Origin: a plasmid
Sequence record: NZ_CP011600.1
Direction: 5' to 3' (one strand)
DNA length: 64,000 nt
In this document: positions 39,139-51,599 of the stretch, piece by piece
How positions within the stretch are numbered: position 1 is the first letter of the stretch
Layout of the letters: each line of letters starts with the position of its first letter
Made by a program: the position numbers and the translations under genes
The notes under the pieces: model-generated
The model's input: the letters and a program-made list of their open reading frames with translations, nothing else
Told to the model about the DNA's origin: nothing
Database searches by the model: none

Positions 39139-39492
39139 ATGCGTAACTCACTTAAAGCCGTTTTATTTGGTGCTATCTCTGTCATGTTTTCTGCCGGTCT
39201 GCATGCTGAAGTACATCAGCATGGTGATATGAACGCTGCCAGTGATGCTTCGGCACAGCAGGTTATCAAGGGCACCGGTGTCGTTAAAGACATTGATATG
39301 AATAGTAAAAAGATCACCATTTCGCACGAAGCAATCCCTGCTGTGGGCTGGCCTGCAATGACCATGCGCTTCACTTTTGTTAATGCAGACGACGCTATCA
39401 ATGCCCTGAAAACCGGCAACCATGTCGATTTCTCGTTTATTCAGCAGGGCAATATCTCCTTACTCAAAAGCATTAACGTTACGCAATCCTGA
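39139..39492 (+). CDS. silF: SilF periplasmic metallochaperone (CusF-like)
   Basis: Signal peptide and CusF-like Met/His/Trp site (ITISHEAIPAVGWPAMTMRF). Confidence 0.85.
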   Translation: MRNSLKAVLFGAISVMFSAGLHAEVHQHGDMNAASDASAQQVIKGTGVVKDIDMNSKKITISHEAIPAVGWPAMTMRFTFVNADDAINALKTGNHVDFSFIQQGNISLLKSINVTQS

Positions 39493-39605
39493 TTATCAGT
39501 CCGGAGCGAATACATCCAGTGCGCCTGAACATTCATTAAGGGATTACTGTGAATGAATGATCGGGCGCATATGCCAGGTGTTTTGATTTTTCAGCGAGAA
39601 ATTGT

Positions 39606-40898
39606 ATGGCTTCTTTAAAGATAAAATATGCTGCAATAATTATCAGCAGCCTCATAGCAGGAGGCCTGATATCGGTTACTGCCTGGCAGTATATCAACTC
39701 ATCACAAAAAACAGTACAAACAGAACAAAAGGCACCGGAGCGAAAGGTTCTTTTCTGGTATGACCCGATGAAACCGGATACCAAATTTGATAAACCCGGA
39801 AAATCGCCTTTTATGGATATGGACCTGTTGCCAAAATATGCTGATGAAAGCGCCGAGAAAAGCAGTGGCGGGATCCGTATTGATCCAACGCAGGTTCAGA
39901 ACCTGGGATTAAAAACACAAAAAGTCACGCGCGGGATGCTGAATTATACTCAGACCATTCCGGCTAATGTCAGTTACAACGAGTATCAGTTTGTCATTGT
40001 ACAGGCGCGCTCTGACGGATTCGTCGAAAAAGTGTATCCCCTGACGATTGGCGATCATGTGAAGAAAGGCACTCCGCTTATCGATATCACCATTCCTGAA
40101 TGGGTTGAGGCACAAAGTGAGTTCCTGCTGCTATCCGGTACAGGCGGTACGCCAACCCAGATAAAAGGGGTGCTGGAGCGACTTCGTCTGGCTGGCATGC
40201 CGGAAGAGGATGTTCAGAGGCTGCGTGCAACCCGCACAATCCAGACCCGTTTTTCCATTAAAGCACCTATTGATGGTGTCATTACTGCGTTTGACCTGCG
40301 CACCGGAATGAATATTTCGAAAGATAAAGTAGTGGCTCAGATTCAGGGGATGGATCCGGTCTGGATCAGCGCTGCAGTGCCAGAATCTATCGCCTATCTG
40401 CTTAAAGATACGTCGCAGTTTGAAATTTCGGTACCGGCTTATCCGGATAAAACATTCCATGTCGAAAAATGGAACATTCTTCCCAGCGTGGACCAGACAA
40501 CCCGTACGCTTCAGGTCCGTCTCCAGGTTTCCAATAAGGATGAGTTTCTTAAACCGGGCATGAATGCCTACCTGAAACTGAATACCCGGAGCCAGGATAT
40601 GCTGCTGATACCAAGCCAGGCCGTTATCGATACCGGTAAAGAACAGCGCGTGATTACTGTCGATAATGAAGGCAAGTTTGTGCCGAAACAGATCCAGGTG
40701 CTGCATGAATCACAGCAACAGTCCGGCATTGGCTCCGGCCTGAATGAAGGCGATACCGTGGTGGTCAGTGGCCTGTTCCTCATTGACTCCGAAGCCAATA
40801 TTACGGGCGCGCTGGAACGTATGCGCCACCCTGAAAAAACAGAAAACAGTATGCCAGCAATGTCTGACCAGCCTGTAAATATGCATTCAGGGCACTGA
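39606..40898 (+). CDS. silB: SilB membrane fusion protein (CusB-like)
   Basis: RND adaptor domains. Confidence 0.9.
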   Translation: MASLKIKYAAIIISSLIAGGLISVTAWQYINSSQKTVQTEQKAPERKVLFWYDPMKPDTKFDKPGKSPFMDMDLLPKYADESAEKSSGGIRIDPTQVQNLGLKTQKVTRGMLNYTQTIPANVSYNEYQFVIVQARSDGFVEKVYPLTIGDHVKKGTPLIDITIPEWVEAQSEFLLLSGTGGTPTQIKGVLERLRLAGMPEEDVQRLRATRTIQTRFSIKAPIDGVITAFDLRTGMNISKDKVVAQIQGMDPVWISAAVPESIAYLLKDTSQFEISVPAYPDKTFHVEKWNILPSVDQTTRTLQVRLQVSNKDEFLKPGMNAYLKLNTRSQDMLLIPSQAVIDTGKEQRVITVDNEGKFVPKQIQVLHESQQQSGIGSGLNEGDTVVVSGLFLIDSEANITGALERMRHPEKTENSMPAMSDQPVNMHSGH

Positions 40899-40908
40899 GG
40901 AGACGACG

Positions 40909-43900
40909 ATGATTGAATGGATTATCCGGCGCTCTGTCGCCAACCGTTTCCTGGTCATGATGGGTGCCCTGTTTCTCAGCATCTGGGGCACATGGACGAT
41001 TATTAACACGCCGGTCGATGCCCTGCCTGACCTGTCAGATGTGCAGGTCATTATTAAAACCAGCTATCCCGGACAGGCCCCACAGATTGTAGAAAACCAG
41101 GTCACCTATCCGCTTACCACTACCATGTTGTCCGTACCTGGCGCAAAAACCGTGCGTGGTTTTTCACAGTTCGGTGATTCGTATGTGTATGTCATTTTTG
41201 AAGACGGCACCGATCTGTACTGGGCCCGTTCACGCGTGCTGGAATACCTGAATCAGGTTCAGGGCAAACTGCCTGCGGGTGTGAGCTCTGAAATCGGCCC
41301 GGACGCCACGGGGGTGGGCTGGATATTTGAATATGCCCTGGTCGATCGCAGCGGAAAACACGACCTTTCAGAACTGCGTTCTTTGCAGGACTGGTTCCTG
41401 AAATTTGAGCTGAAGACCATCCCGAACGTGGCTGAGGTAGCCTCGGTTGGGGGCGTGGTGAAACAGTACCAGATTCAGGTCAATCCGGTAAAACTGTCCC
41501 AGTATGGGATCAGCCTGCCCGAAGTGAAACAGGCCCTTGAATCGTCTAACCAGGAGGCCGGTGGTTCATCCGTTGAAATAGCCGAAGCGGAGTATATGGT
41601 CCGCGCCAGCGGTTATCTTCAGAGCATTGATGATTTTAATAACATCGTCCTGAAAACGGGCGAGAACGGCGTGCCGGTTTATTTGCGGGATGTTGCCCGC
41701 GTGCAGACCGGGCCTGAAATGCGGCGTGGTCTTGCCGAACTAAACGGCCAGGGGGAAGTCGCTGGTGGCGTGGTGATCCTGCGGTCGGGTAAAAACGCGC
41801 GCGACGTAATCACGGCAGTGAGGGATAAACTGGAGACACTGAAGGCTAGCCTGCCGGAAGGCGTTGAAATCGTGACCACCTACGATCGCAGCCAGTTAAT
41901 CGACCGGGCGATTGATAACCTCAGCCATAAACTTCTGGAAGAGTTTATCGTTGTGGCCATCGTCTGTGCCCTGTTCCTGTGGCACGTACGTTCTGCCCTG
42001 GTGGCGATTATCTCTCTCCCGCTTGGCCTGTGTATCGCCTTTATCGTCATGCACTTCCAGGGACTGAACGCCAATATTATGTCGCTGGGAGGGATAGCGA
42101 TTGCCGTCGGCGCGATGGTGGATGCCGCCATTGTGATGATTGAAAATGCGCACAAACGGCTTGAGGAATGGGATCATCAGCATCCGGGTGAGCAGATTGA
42201 CAACGCCACCCGCTGGAAGGTGATTACCGACGCCTCCGTGGAAGTGGGACCCGCACTGTTTATCAGCCTGCTGATCATCACCCTGTCCTTTATACCTATC
42301 TTTACCCTGGAAGGTCAGGAAGGACGTCTGTTTGGCCCGCTGGCATTCACGAAAACGTACTCCATGGCGGGGGCGGCCGTGCTGGCCATCATTGTCATTC
42401 CGATCCTGATGGGATTCTGGATACGGGGGAAAATTCCTGCCGAGACCAGTAACCCCCTGAACCGGGTGCTGATCAAAGCGTATCATCCATTGCTGCTGCG
42501 GGTTCTCCACTGGCCAAAAACAACCCTGCTGGTTGCGGCCTTGTCTATTTTCACCGTTATCTGGCCACTGAGTCAGGTGGGTGGCGAGTTTCTGCCGAAG
42601 ATTAACGAGGGCGACCTGTTGTATATGCCGTCGACCCTGCCGGGCGTCTCTCCGGCAGAAGCTGCAGCACTCTTGCAGACGACGGACAAGTTAATCAAAA
42701 GCGTTCCTGAAGTGGCCTCTGTATTTGGCAAGACCGGTAAAGCAGCGACCGCAACGGATTCCGCACCGCTTGAAATGGTGGAAACCACGATCCAGCTCAA
42801 ACCAGAGGATCAGTGGCGTCCCGGCATGACAATTGACAAGATTATTGATGAACTCGACAGGACAGTCCGTTTACCGGGTCTGGCAAACCTCTGGGTGCCG
42901 CCTATCCGTAACCGTATTGATATGCTCTCAACCGGGATCAAAAGCCCGATAGGTATCAAAGTGTCCGGGACTGTTCTGTCCGATATCGACGCGACGGCGC
43001 AGAGTATCGAGGCGGTAGCCAAAGCCGTGCCTGGCGTGGTGTCTGTCCTGGCTGAGCGACTTGAGGGCGGGCGCTACATCGATATCGATATCAACCGGGA
43101 GAAAGCCTCCCGCTACGGGATGACGGTAGGTGATGTCCAGCTGTTCGTCTCTTCAGCAATCGGAGGTGCTATGGTGGGTGAGACGGTTGAAGGGGTGGCC
43201 CGGTACCCTATTAACATTCGCTACCCGCAGGATTACCGGAACAGTCCGCAGGCGCTGAAACAGATGCCGATCCTGACCCCGATGAAGCAACAGATCACGC
43301 TGGGCGATGTCGCGGATATTAACGTCGTTTCTGGACCAACCATGCTGAAAACCGAAAATGCCCGGCCAGCCAGCTGGATTTATGTTGATGCCCGCGGCAG
43401 GGACATGGTGTCGGTGGTTAACGACATTAAGACGGCCATCAGCGAGAAAGTGAAACTGAGACCGGGAACCAGTGTGGCATTCTCCGGACAGTTTGAACTG
43501 CTTGAGCATGCCAACAAGAAACTGAAGCTGATGGTGCCGATGACGGTGATGATCATTTTCATCCTGTTGTATCTGGCATTCCGCCGGGTTGACGAAGCCC
43601 TGCTGATCCTGATGAGCCTGCCGTTCGCCCTGGTTGGCGGAATATGGTTCCTGTACTGGCAGGGCTTCCATATGTCAGTGGCGACCGGAACCGGGTTTAT
43701 CGCCCTGGCCGGGGTGGCAGCAGAGTTTGGCGTGGTCATGCTGATGTATCTGCGTCATGCCATTGAAGCGCACCCGGAATTGTCCCGTAAAGAGACGTTC
43801 ACACCGGAAGGTCTTGATGAAGCCCTCTATCATGGTGCCGTACTGCGTGTCCGGCCGAAAGCCATGACCGTGGCGGTGATCATTGCGGGTCTGCTGCCAA

Positions 43901-44055
43901 TACTCTGGGGAACCGGCGCAGGTTCAGAAGTCATGAGCCGTATTGCTGCGCCAATGATTGGTGGGATGATCACGGCTCCGCTGCTGTCCCTGTTCATTAT
44001 TCCTGCCGCCTACAAATTAATCTGGCTGCGCAGACATAAAAAAAGCGTGTCATAA
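40909..44055 (+). CDS. silA: SilA RND heavy-metal efflux pump (CusA-like, HME family)
   Basis: 1048 aa with 12 TM helices and large periplasmic loops. Confidence 0.95.
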   Translation: MIEWIIRRSVANRFLVMMGALFLSIWGTWTIINTPVDALPDLSDVQVIIKTSYPGQAPQIVENQVTYPLTTTMLSVPGAKTVRGFSQFGDSYVYVIFEDGTDLYWARSRVLEYLNQVQGKLPAGVSSEIGPDATGVGWIFEYALVDRSGKHDLSELRSLQDWFLKFELKTIPNVAEVASVGGVVKQYQIQVNPVKLSQYGISLPEVKQALESSNQEAGGSSVEIAEAEYMVRASGYLQSIDDFNNIVLKTGENGVPVYLRDVARVQTGPEMRRGLAELNGQGEVAGGVVILRSGKNARDVITAVRDKLETLKASLPEGVEIVTTYDRSQLIDRAIDNLSHKLLEEFIVVAIVCALFLWHVRSALVAIISLPLGLCIAFIVMHFQGLNANIMSLGGIAIAVGAMVDAAIVMIENAHKRLEEWDHQHPGEQIDNATRWKVITDASVEVGPALFISLLIITLSFIPIFTLEGQEGRLFGPLAFTKTYSMAGAAVLAIIVIPILMGFWIRGKIPAETSNPLNRVLIKAYHPLLLRVLHWPKTTLLVAALSIFTVIWPLSQVGGEFLPKINEGDLLYMPSTLPGVSPAEAAALLQTTDKLIKSVPEVASVFGKTGKAATATDSAPLEMVETTIQLKPEDQWRPGMTIDKIIDELDRTVRLPGLANLWVPPIRNRIDMLSTGIKSPIGIKVSGTVLSDIDATAQSIEAVAKAVPGVVSVLAERLEGGRYIDIDINREKASRYGMTVGDVQLFVSSAIGGAMVGETVEGVARYPINIRYPQDYRNSPQALKQMPILTPMKQQITLGDVADINVVSGPTMLKTENARPASWIYVDARGRDMVSVVNDIKTAISEKVKLRPGTSVAFSGQFELLEHANKKLKLMVPMTVMIIFILLYLAFRRVDEALLILMSLPFALVGGIWFLYWQGFHMSVATGTGFIALAGVAAEFGVVMLMYLRHAIEAHPELSRKETFTPEGLDEALYHGAVLRVRPKAMTVAVIIAGLLPILWGTGAGSEVMSRIAAPMIGGMITAPLLSLFIIPAAYKLIWLRRHKKSVS

Positions 44056-44141
44056 CCCTGAAAGGGCGCCCCCAGTGGGCGTCCTTCTGCACTGATTCAC
44101 CCTGGCGTCAGGGTTTATATCGATAATATACAGAGGTGAGT

Positions 44142-44582
44142 ATGAAAAAAGTGGTTCTAATGGCCCTGGCTCTCGGCCTGTCACTGCCTGCAATGGCGAG
44201 TGAAAAAGTCATTGATATGTACAAATCTGAAAACTGTGGCTGTTGTTCCCTGTGGGGCAAGGCGATGGAAAAAGACGGGTTCGAAGTGCGAACTCACGTC
44301 ATGAATGATCAGGCGCTGTCAGCCCTGAAAGAAAAGCATGCTGTTCCTGCTGGACTACGAAGTTGTCATACCGCGGTTGTAGGTAATTTGATCATTGAAG
44401 GCCATGTGCCTGCGGCAACGATACATAAGGCCATGCAGTCTGGTTCGGGTATATACGGTCTCGCCACCCCCGGTATGCCAGCAGGAAGTCCGGGAATGGA
44501 GATGGGGGCCCGAAAAGAGGCTTACGATGTTATCGCATTCTCACCGGAGGGCAGTAAAAAAGTCTTCCAGCGAATCGAATAG
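44142..44582 (+). CDS. silG: DUF411 (CopG-like) periplasmic metal-binding protein, SilG/ORF105-like
   Basis: Signal peptide and a CxCC motif (NCGCCSLWG). Confidence 0.65.
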   Translation: MKKVVLMALALGLSLPAMASEKVIDMYKSENCGCCSLWGKAMEKDGFEVRTHVMNDQALSALKEKHAVPAGLRSCHTAVVGNLIIEGHVPAATIHKAMQSGSGIYGLATPGMPAGSPGMEMGARKEAYDVIAFSPEGSKKVFQRIE

Positions 44583-44709
44583 TCAGCGGAACGGCTGATA
44601 ACGGGACGCCGGCAGCAGGCACTCTTATGCCGGCGGCATTCGTGGTAATCGCATCCATGACATATCCTGAAGACAGAAAATGCTTCAGATATGCATAAGG
44701 AGAGTTACT

Positions 44710-47151
44710 GTGAAAAATGACAATGCAGTGGAACATAACAACCAGACTGCTTCTGAGCAGACATCATCCCCGGACGAGAGTCACGCATTGCATAAGGTGA
44801 GAGATCCCGTGTGCGGGATGGTCATCCTGCCTGACAAGGCGCACAGCAGCATTCGATACCAGGACCATCAGCTTTATTTCTGCTCCGCCAGCTGTGAGAG
44901 CAAATTTAAAGCCCATCCCGATCATTATTTTACCGAAGATGCCAGTGAACATCACCATCACCACGACCACCATGAAGTCAGCCCTGATAAGATAAAACAG
45001 TCTCACCGCCAGGCGGAGAAAGAGATTTCTGAAGGTGTGTGGACATGTCCGATGCATCCGGAGATACGCCGTAGTGGTCCCGGAAGCTGTCCTGTCTGTG
45101 GAATGGCACTGGAGCCGCTCGTAGCTACGGCATCCACGGGGACGAGTGATGAACTTCGCGACATGACAAGACGCTTCTGGCTGGGGTTGTTGCTGGCGTT
45201 TCCGGTTCTGATACTCGAAATGGGTTCTCATCTGTTTCCCGCTTTGAGGAATACAGTACCGCCACAGTACAACACATGGCTGCAGTTACTTCTGGCCTCT
45301 CCTGTCGTTTTGTGGTGTGGCTGGCCATTCTTCGCCCGGGCCGGAATGTCGTTACGTAACCGCTCCCTGAATATGTTTACCCTTGTTGCAATGGGGACCG
45401 GCGTAGCCTGGGTTTACAGCGTCATTGCAACCGTCTTCCCCTCCTGGTTTCCTGCATCGTTCAGAAACATGGATGGCCTGGTGGCCATTTATTTTGAAGC
45501 CGCAGCTGTTATTACGGTGCTTGTTCTGCTGGGACAGGTCCTTGAATTGCGGGCAAGGGAACAAACCTCAGGTGCCATTACTGCGCTTCTTAACCTTGCC
45601 CCCAAAACCGCCAGGCGGCTGGATCAAGACGGTCATGAAACGGATATTAATGCGGAAGATGTCCTGCCTGGCGATAAGCTCCGCATCAGACCTGGAGAGA
45701 GTATTCCGGTCGACGGTATCGTGGTCGAAGGCAAAACAACCGTTGATGAATCGATGGTGACCGGGGAATCTATGCCTGTTACCAAAACGGAGGGTGACCC
45801 TGTCATCGGGGGGACCATTAATCAGACAGGTAGTCTTATCATCCGTGCAGAGAAAGTCGGTGATGAAACGATGCTCTCACGAATTGTTCAGATGGTCGCT
45901 GATGCACAGCGTTCGCGGGCCCCCATCCAGAGAATGGCTGACAGCGTTTCAGGCTGGTTTGTTCCTCTGGTGATACTTATCGCGGTTGTTGCTTTCATGA
46001 TCTGGTCTGTCTGGGGGCCCGAGCCCAGGATGGCGCACGGTCTCATTGCGGCTGTGTCGGTCCTGATTATTGCCTGTCCCTGCGCGCTGGGGCTGGCCAC
46101 GCCGATGTCGATAATGGTGGGGGTGGGCAAAGGAGCCCAGGCCGGGGTGTTAATCAGGAATGCCGAAGCCCTTGAGCGTCTTGAAAAAGTGGACACGCTG
46201 GTTGTCGACAAAACAGGCACGCTCACGGAAGGTTCGCCGACGGTGACAGGGATTATCAGTCTCAATCCGGGTGGGGAAGCATCTCTTTTACGTGTAGCGG
46301 CCGCAGTGGAAAAAGGCTCGCAGCATCCGCTGGGTATGGCTGTAGTCCGGGCAGCCCAGCACAGGGGGATCATGATACCCGCAGTCAGTGATTTCAATGC
46401 TCCGTCGGGGAAAGGTGTTTCAGGCGATGTTGAAGGTCAACGGGTTGTTATTGGTAATGAACTGGCTATGCAGGAAAACAGTATCGTTATTGATAATCAA
46501 AAGGCCGTTGCGGATACGTTGCGGATGGAAGGCGCTACCGTTATCTATGTGGCCACAGATGGGTACCTTGCAGGCCTGATAGCTATCTCGGATCCCGTGA
46601 AAGCAACCACGCCGGATGCGCTTAAAGCTTTGCGTCAGGCGGGGATCCGCATTGTTATGCTCACCGGGGATAACCAGCTTACTGCTGAAGCAGTCGCACG
46701 GAAACTGGGAATAGATGAGGTTGAAGCCGGGGTTCTGCCTGACGGCAAAAAAGCAGTGATAACCCGACTGAAAGCGTCTGGTCATGTGGTTGCGATGGCG
46801 GGGGACGGTGTAAATGATGCCCCGGCGCTGGCAGCGGCTGACGTGGGCATAGCCATGGGAACGGGTACAGATGTGGCAATTGAAAGTGCCGGAGTCACCC
46901 TTCTCAAAGGCGACCTGATGATACTGAACAGGGCCCGTCATCTGTCAGAGATCACCATGAAAAATATCCGACAGAATCTGTTTTTTGCATTTATCTACAA
47001 CGCACTTGGCGTGCCTGTGGCTGCAGGTCTGCTTTATCCTGTGTATGGAATACTGCTGTCGCCAGTTATTGCGGCGGCGGCCATGGCTCTTTCCTCCGTC
47101 AGCGTCATTGTGAATGCGTTGCGTCTGAAAAGTGTCAGGCTCGGGAAATAA
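44710..47151 (+). CDS. silP: SilP P1B-type heavy-metal ATPase
   Basis: CPC motif, DKTGT, HP and GDGVNDAP. N-terminal His-rich metal-binding region. GTG start with RBS aaggag. Confidence 0.9.
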   Translation: MKNDNAVEHNNQTASEQTSSPDESHALHKVRDPVCGMVILPDKAHSSIRYQDHQLYFCSASCESKFKAHPDHYFTEDASEHHHHHDHHEVSPDKIKQSHRQAEKEISEGVWTCPMHPEIRRSGPGSCPVCGMALEPLVATASTGTSDELRDMTRRFWLGLLLAFPVLILEMGSHLFPALRNTVPPQYNTWLQLLLASPVVLWCGWPFFARAGMSLRNRSLNMFTLVAMGTGVAWVYSVIATVFPSWFPASFRNMDGLVAIYFEAAAVITVLVLLGQVLELRAREQTSGAITALLNLAPKTARRLDQDGHETDINAEDVLPGDKLRIRPGESIPVDGIVVEGKTTVDESMVTGESMPVTKTEGDPVIGGTINQTGSLIIRAEKVGDETMLSRIVQMVADAQRSRAPIQRMADSVSGWFVPLVILIAVVAFMIWSVWGPEPRMAHGLIAAVSVLIIACPCALGLATPMSIMVGVGKGAQAGVLIRNAEALERLEKVDTLVVDKTGTLTEGSPTVTGIISLNPGGEASLLRVAAAVEKGSQHPLGMAVVRAAQHRGIMIPAVSDFNAPSGKGVSGDVEGQRVVIGNELAMQENSIVIDNQKAVADTLRMEGATVIYVATDGYLAGLIAISDPVKATTPDALKALRQAGIRIVMLTGDNQLTAEAVARKLGIDEVEAGVLPDGKKAVITRLKASGHVVAMAGDGVNDAPALAAADVGIAMGTGTDVAIESAGVTLLKGDLMILNRARHLSEITMKNIRQNLFFAFIYNALGVPVAAGLLYPVYGILLSPVIAAAAMALSSVSVIVNALRLKSVRLGK

Positions 47152-47191
47152 CACTGAGTGAAGGGTCAGTTACGAACAGAAGGAGTCCAGT

Positions 47192-47449
47192 ATGAAAAGT
47201 ACCACCTATGCGCTTATTGCTGTCGCCGCGATCGCGGCATTTGCCCTCCTGCGCGAACACTGGTCACATGTGGCAGGTTACTGGCCATATCTGTTATTGC
47301 TGGTCTGCCCGCTAATGCATCTTTTCCACGGCCACGGAGGGCATGGAGATCAGATCATCAACATCACGGAAGTGAAAACGATAAAAAAAATTAATCCGGC
47401 AGACGGGGCCGCGTCGCGGTCCCGTTATCAGTCCAGGTATCGTTCGTAG
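47192..47449 (+). CDS. DUF2933-like small membrane protein conserved 3' of silP
   Basis: TM helices plus an HLFHGHGGHGD motif. Confidence 0.5.
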   Translation: MKSTTYALIAVAAIAAFALLREHWSHVAGYWPYLLLLVCPLMHLFHGHGGHGDQIINITEVKTIKKINPADGAASRSRYQSRYRS

Positions 47450-48165
47450 TCTCTGACATGCGCAAAGGCATGCTGTTCGAGTTTGTTATCAGCGGGTGCC
47501 GCTGCCCGGAACGCCAGAGAGTTAACAGGGTTGTTATTGATGACCAGCTCGTAATGCAGATGAGGACCGGATGAACGTCCGCTGTTACCGGATAACGCAA
47601 TAGCACCTCCCCGTGTAACCCTGGCCCCTTTAGTAACGAGTATTTTATTGAGGTGGAGATAGCGAGTTTTAACACCGGCTTTTCCCGTTACTTCAACAAA
47701 ATATCCCATGGTACTGTTGTATTCGGCCCGGGTGATTTTTCCGTCGATGACGCTGACTATTTTCGTGTTCATGGGCATGGAATAATCAATGCCATTATGG
47801 GGACTCACTTTTCCCGATACCGGGTTAAGTCTTGCAGGATTGAAAGGCGAACTGAGTCTTGCTGTGGCCGGTAACGGATAATCGAGACTGCCTTTCCCGG
47901 AAGTATCGGAAAGGTTATAGAACTTTTTATCTGATATACGATACGCCGTGTAATTAAATGAACCGGACGTAAATTTATAGGCCACGACACGTGATTTTCC
48001 CGCTTTCTTTTGCAGTACGAGTTTTAATGATTCATTTTTTTTCAAATGCCGCAGATTAAACCGGGAAGGCAAGGAGCGCTGAAGAGTAGCGATCTCGTTC
48101 GATTCCAGCCCCGAGCGGGTGGCTGAAAGGTAGGCATTTTCTTTTACGACATCGGTAGAATACAT
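47428..48165 (-). CDS. pcoG: M23-family metallopeptidase (PcoG-like)
   Basis: LytM/M23 motifs (HNGIDY, HLHYEL). Convergently overlaps the previous gene by about 22 nt. Confidence 0.7.
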   Translation of the reverse strand: MYSTDVVKENAYLSATRSGLESNEIATLQRSLPSRFNLRHLKKNESLKLVLQKKAGKSRVVAYKFTSGSFNYTAYRISDKKFYNLSDTSGKGSLDYPLPATARLSSPFNPARLNPVSGKVSPHNGIDYSMPMNTKIVSVIDGKITRAEYNSTMGYFVEVTGKAGVKTRYLHLNKILVTKGARVTRGGAIALSGNSGRSSGPHLHYELVINNNPVNSLAFRAAAPADNKLEQHAFAHVRDYERYLD

Positions 48166-48822
48166 TTACTGGAATTCGCCGTTAGCATGAACACTGCGGC
48201 GTATGCTAGGGGTTTTCAGGAGGCGTGTCATCTGTCAGTTAATCGGGAGCACCGTTGATGGTCGTCATTTTTGTAACATATCTTGTTTCCCGTTTGCTCC
48301 TGAAGCTCTGGGAACTGTATGACCAGCCCGACGGTGATGATTAACGGGACTGAAACAGGTTACGGCAGAGCAATATGGGGCTCATGTCCTGCTACGTAAC
48401 CCGTCAGTAAAGCCCTGCTGCGCACCTGACGCTAAGCACTAACCCGCCTGCAGTTACCTGGTCGAATACAGCCCGCGAAGCTTTCTTGCCTGCGTCTGAT
48501 GTGCTTCCGCACCGGCATTATTGACCTGCTCATGCACGAGAGCGGCTTTTTCTCCGGCATTCAGTTCGTTAAAAGAAGAAGACGAGGTCTTTGAATTTGC
48601 ATCACTGCCGGACAGCATTTTTTTATGTTCCTCAATCATTTTCTGATGCGCATAGGACGCGCTGTTGTTCATAAATGAATGAGCAACAATGGCCCTTTCA
48701 TGTTCATTCATTTCAGAGAATGAGGGCGTGTTGTTTTTATTGTAAGCGTCGTCTCAGCACCGTCTGGCAGATCCTGATATTCCTGAGAGGATAGTGGACA
48801 CCAAATATGGTGGACGCTATCC

Positions 48823-49227
48823 ATGAAATCATTAACCGCAGTGCGTAAAAAAAGCCCTAATTATCCCGTTGAGTTCAAAATCAAAATGGTTGAACTCTCG
48901 CATCGACCAGAGATCTCCGTAGCGCAACTCGCTCGTGAGCATGGGATCAACGATAATTTGCTGTTCAAGTGGCGCCAGTACTGGCGCGAAGGAAAACTAC
49001 GTCCTCCTTCAACAACAGAAAACAACGTGCCTGAGCTGCTCCCGATAACACTTGATACCGAAGATGTTGTCCCTGCAACCTCCCCCCGGTCACAACCTGT
49101 AGCTGCTGCGGCACCTGAATCACTCAATATCAGCTGTGAAGTGACGTTCCGGCACGGATCACTCCGTCTGAATGGTGCCATCAGCGAAAATATCCTGAAC
49201 CTGCTGATACGGGAGCTCAAACGTTGA
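48823..49227 (+). CDS. tnpA: IS66-family accessory protein TnpA (orf1)
   Basis: Typical IS66 orf1 with HTH. Confidence 0.75.
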   Translation: MKSLTAVRKKSPNYPVEFKIKMVELSHRPEISVAQLAREHGINDNLLFKWRQYWREGKLRPPSTTENNVPELLPITLDTEDVVPATSPRSQPVAAAAPESLNISCEVTFRHGSLRLNGAISENILNLLIRELKR

Positions 49228-49571
49228 TCCCATTACCATCAGGGACAAAGATCTGGCTGGTCGCTGGCATCACCGATATGAGAAACGGCTTCAACGGCCT
49301 GGCGGCAAAGGTGCAGACGACGCTGAAAGACGATCCGATGTCAGGTCACGTTTTTATCTTCCGTGGGCGTAATGGCAGTCAGGTAAAGCTCCTCTGGTCT
49401 ACCGGCGATGGACTGTGTCTGCTGACCAAACGGCTGGAGCGCGGCCGCTTCGCCTGGCCGTCAGCCCGGGATGGCAAAGTGTTCCTCACACCGGCACAGC
49501 TGGCGATGCTCCTTGAAGGTATCGACTGGCGGCAGCCTAAAAGACTGCTTACGTCACTGACTATGTTGTAG
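49224..49571 (+). CDS. tnpB: IS66-family TnpB (orf2)
   Basis: MIPLPSGTKIWLVAGITDMRNGFNGLAA is a typical IS66 TnpB start. Confidence 0.8.
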   Translation: MIPLPSGTKIWLVAGITDMRNGFNGLAAKVQTTLKDDPMSGHVFIFRGRNGSQVKLLWSTGDGLCLLTKRLERGRFAWPSARDGKVFLTPAQLAMLLEGIDWRQPKRLLTSLTML

Positions 49572-49619
49572 GCCTCTTTATCCTGGTCGACGCTGAATGA
49601 GCCTGGTAATATACCCGGT

Positions 49620-51158
49620 ATGAACAGCTTACTTCCTGACGATATCGATGAACTGAAACGTCTCCTTGCCGAACAGGAGGCGCTGAACCGTGCCCTTCTG
49701 GAAAAGCTGAACGAGCGTGAACGCGAAATAGATCACCTGCAGGCGCAACTGGATAAGCTGCGCCGGATGAACTTCGGCAGCCGCTCCGAAAAAGTCTCCC
49801 GCCGTATCGCGCAGATGGAAGCCGACCTTAAGCAGTTGCAGAAAGAAAGCGATACCCTTACCGGCCGGGTGGATGACCCGGCCGTGCAGCGCCCGCTGCG
49901 GCAGACCCGTACCCGCAAACCGTTCCCTGAATCACTTCCCCGTGACGAAAAACGGCTGCTGCCGGCAGCGTCATGCTGCCCGGAATGTGGTGGCGCGCTG
50001 AGTTACCTGGGTGAAGATGCCGCCGAACAGCTGGAGCTGATGCGCAGCGCCTTCCGGGTTATCCGGACAGTACGTGAAAAGCATGCCTGTACTCAGTGCG
50101 ATGCCATCGTGCAGGCCCCCGCGCCTTCACGTCCCATCGAGCGGGGTATCGCCGGACCGGGGCTGCTGGCCCGCGTGCTGAGTTCAAAGTATGCAGAACA
50201 TACCCCGCTGTACCGGCAGTCAGAAATATACAGCCGCCAGGGTGTGGAGCTGAGCCGCTCACTGCTGTCGGGCTGGGTGGATGCATGCTGCCGGCTGCTG
50301 TCACCGCTGGAAGAGGCGCTTCAGGGCTATGTCCTGACCGACGGTAAACTCCATGCCGATGACACCCCGGTCCAGGTGCTGCTGCCGGGCAATAAGAAGA
50401 CGAAGACCGGGCGGTTGTGGACGTATGTTCGTGATGACCGCAACGCTGGATCAGCAGTCGCGCCGGCGGTGTGGTTCGCTTACAGCCCGGACAGAAAAGG
50501 CATCCACCCTCAGACCCATCTTGCAGGGTTCAGTGGTGTGCTGCAGGCCGATGCGTACGCCGGGTTCAACGAGCTGTACCGCGATGGCCAGATAACGGAA
50601 GCCGCCTGCTGGGCTCACGCCCGCCGTAAAATCCACGATGTGCACGTCCGCACACCGTCGGCGCTGACGGATGAAGCCCTGAAGCGTATCGGCGAGCTGT
50701 ATGCCGTTGAAGCGGAGATAAGGGGAATGCCGGCGAAGCGACGCCTTGCAGAACGTCAGCAAAAAGCTAAACCGCGGCTGAAATCCCTGGAAAGCTGGCT
50801 GCGTGAAAAGGTGAAAACGCTGTCGCGACACTCAGAACTGGCGAAAGCGTTCACGTACGTACTGAACCAGTGGCCGGCGCTGGCTTACTATACTGACGAC
50901 GGCTGGGCCGAGGCAGATAACAACATAGCTGAGAATGCGCTACGGATGGTCAGCCTGGGCCGCAAAAACTACCTGTTCTTCGGTTCGGATCATGGAGGAG
51001 AGCGGGGAGCGCTGCTGTACAGCCTGATCGGGACATGCAAACTGAACGGAGTGGAGCCAGAAAGCTACCTCCGTCACGTCCTTAACGTCATAGCGGACTG
51101 GCCGATAAACCGGGTCAGCGAACTACTCCCCTGGCGCGTAGCACTGCCAACTGAATAA
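49620..51158 (+). CDS. tnpC: IS66-family transposase TnpC (orf3)
   Basis: Leucine zipper, zinc-finger CxxC...CxxC and DDE region. Confidence 0.85.
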   Translation: MNSLLPDDIDELKRLLAEQEALNRALLEKLNEREREIDHLQAQLDKLRRMNFGSRSEKVSRRIAQMEADLKQLQKESDTLTGRVDDPAVQRPLRQTRTRKPFPESLPRDEKRLLPAASCCPECGGALSYLGEDAAEQLELMRSAFRVIRTVREKHACTQCDAIVQAPAPSRPIERGIAGPGLLARVLSSKYAEHTPLYRQSEIYSRQGVELSRSLLSGWVDACCRLLSPLEEALQGYVLTDGKLHADDTPVQVLLPGNKKTKTGRLWTYVRDDRNAGSAVAPAVWFAYSPDRKGIHPQTHLAGFSGVLQADAYAGFNELYRDGQITEAACWAHARRKIHDVHVRTPSALTDEALKRIGELYAVEAEIRGMPAKRRLAERQQKAKPRLKSLESWLREKVKTLSRHSELAKAFTYVLNQWPALAYYTDDGWAEADNNIAENALRMVSLGRKNYLFFGSDHGGERGALLYSLIGTCKLNGVEPESYLRHVLNVIADWPINRVSELLPWRVALPTE

Positions 51159-51466
51159 CACATCCCCGTCAATACGGTTCTCGCTGCACGCTTACTTTTT
51201 ATTAACCCTGTCCGGTAAGTTTTCATGCGTCGAGGAATTCACATGACTGACGGCTGAGGCATTATTAACAAATCGATGTGCTTCATGGGCAATATCACTG
51301 GACTGAGCAAAAGCTGCCCCACAAAATAAAGCTGTAAACGCAGTGGTCGTGATTAATATATTCATGTGTAATTACCTTCTGAGGTACATAAAAGATGTCC
51401 TTATGATCATATATAAAAATAATCAACCTGTGGGGAAGATGACGTAAATGTAATACAGCTATGTAC

Positions 51467-51484
51467 ATTACACGATTGTAATGA
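51467..51484. promoter_or_regulatory. Palindrome CATTACACGATTGTAATG about 120 bp upstream of pcoA; possible PcoR/CusR-type box variant
   Basis: Seen in sequence. Resembles a copper box with TGTAAT half-sites. Confidence 0.3.
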
Positions 51485-51599
51485 ATTTGTTTCTTAAGGT
51501 GTGCTAGATTCATTTCATTGTAAGTGGATGAACCAGTAATTTAATTTAAATCGGTTCTCGAATTCTGTCAGTAACCATACTTTAAATAAGGGAATGCGC

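Larger units (their letters stand above)
48742..51195 (+). mobile_element. IS66-family insertion sequence (about 2454 bp) with perfect 8-bp TSD TTTTTATT
   Basis: IRs GTAAGCG... at both ends. Three-ORF tnpA-tnpB-tnpC organisation. Identical TTTTTATT at 48734..48741 and 51196..51203. Confidence 0.8.
48454..51365 (-). pseudogene. pcoE: pcoE1/silE-family gene split by an IS66-family insertion (N-terminal 57 codons at 51192..51365, C-terminal part at 48454..48741)
   Basis: Removing the IS and one TSD copy reconstructs an in-frame ~150-aa PcoE-like protein (MNILITTTAFTALFCGAAFAQ...NEHERAIVAHSFMNN...). Confidence 0.7.

Noticed and set aside
41679-43739. Several 66-204-aa minus-strand ORFs inside silA
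   Set aside because: Antisense to a highly conserved RND pump gene. Artefacts of a long GC-balanced coding region.
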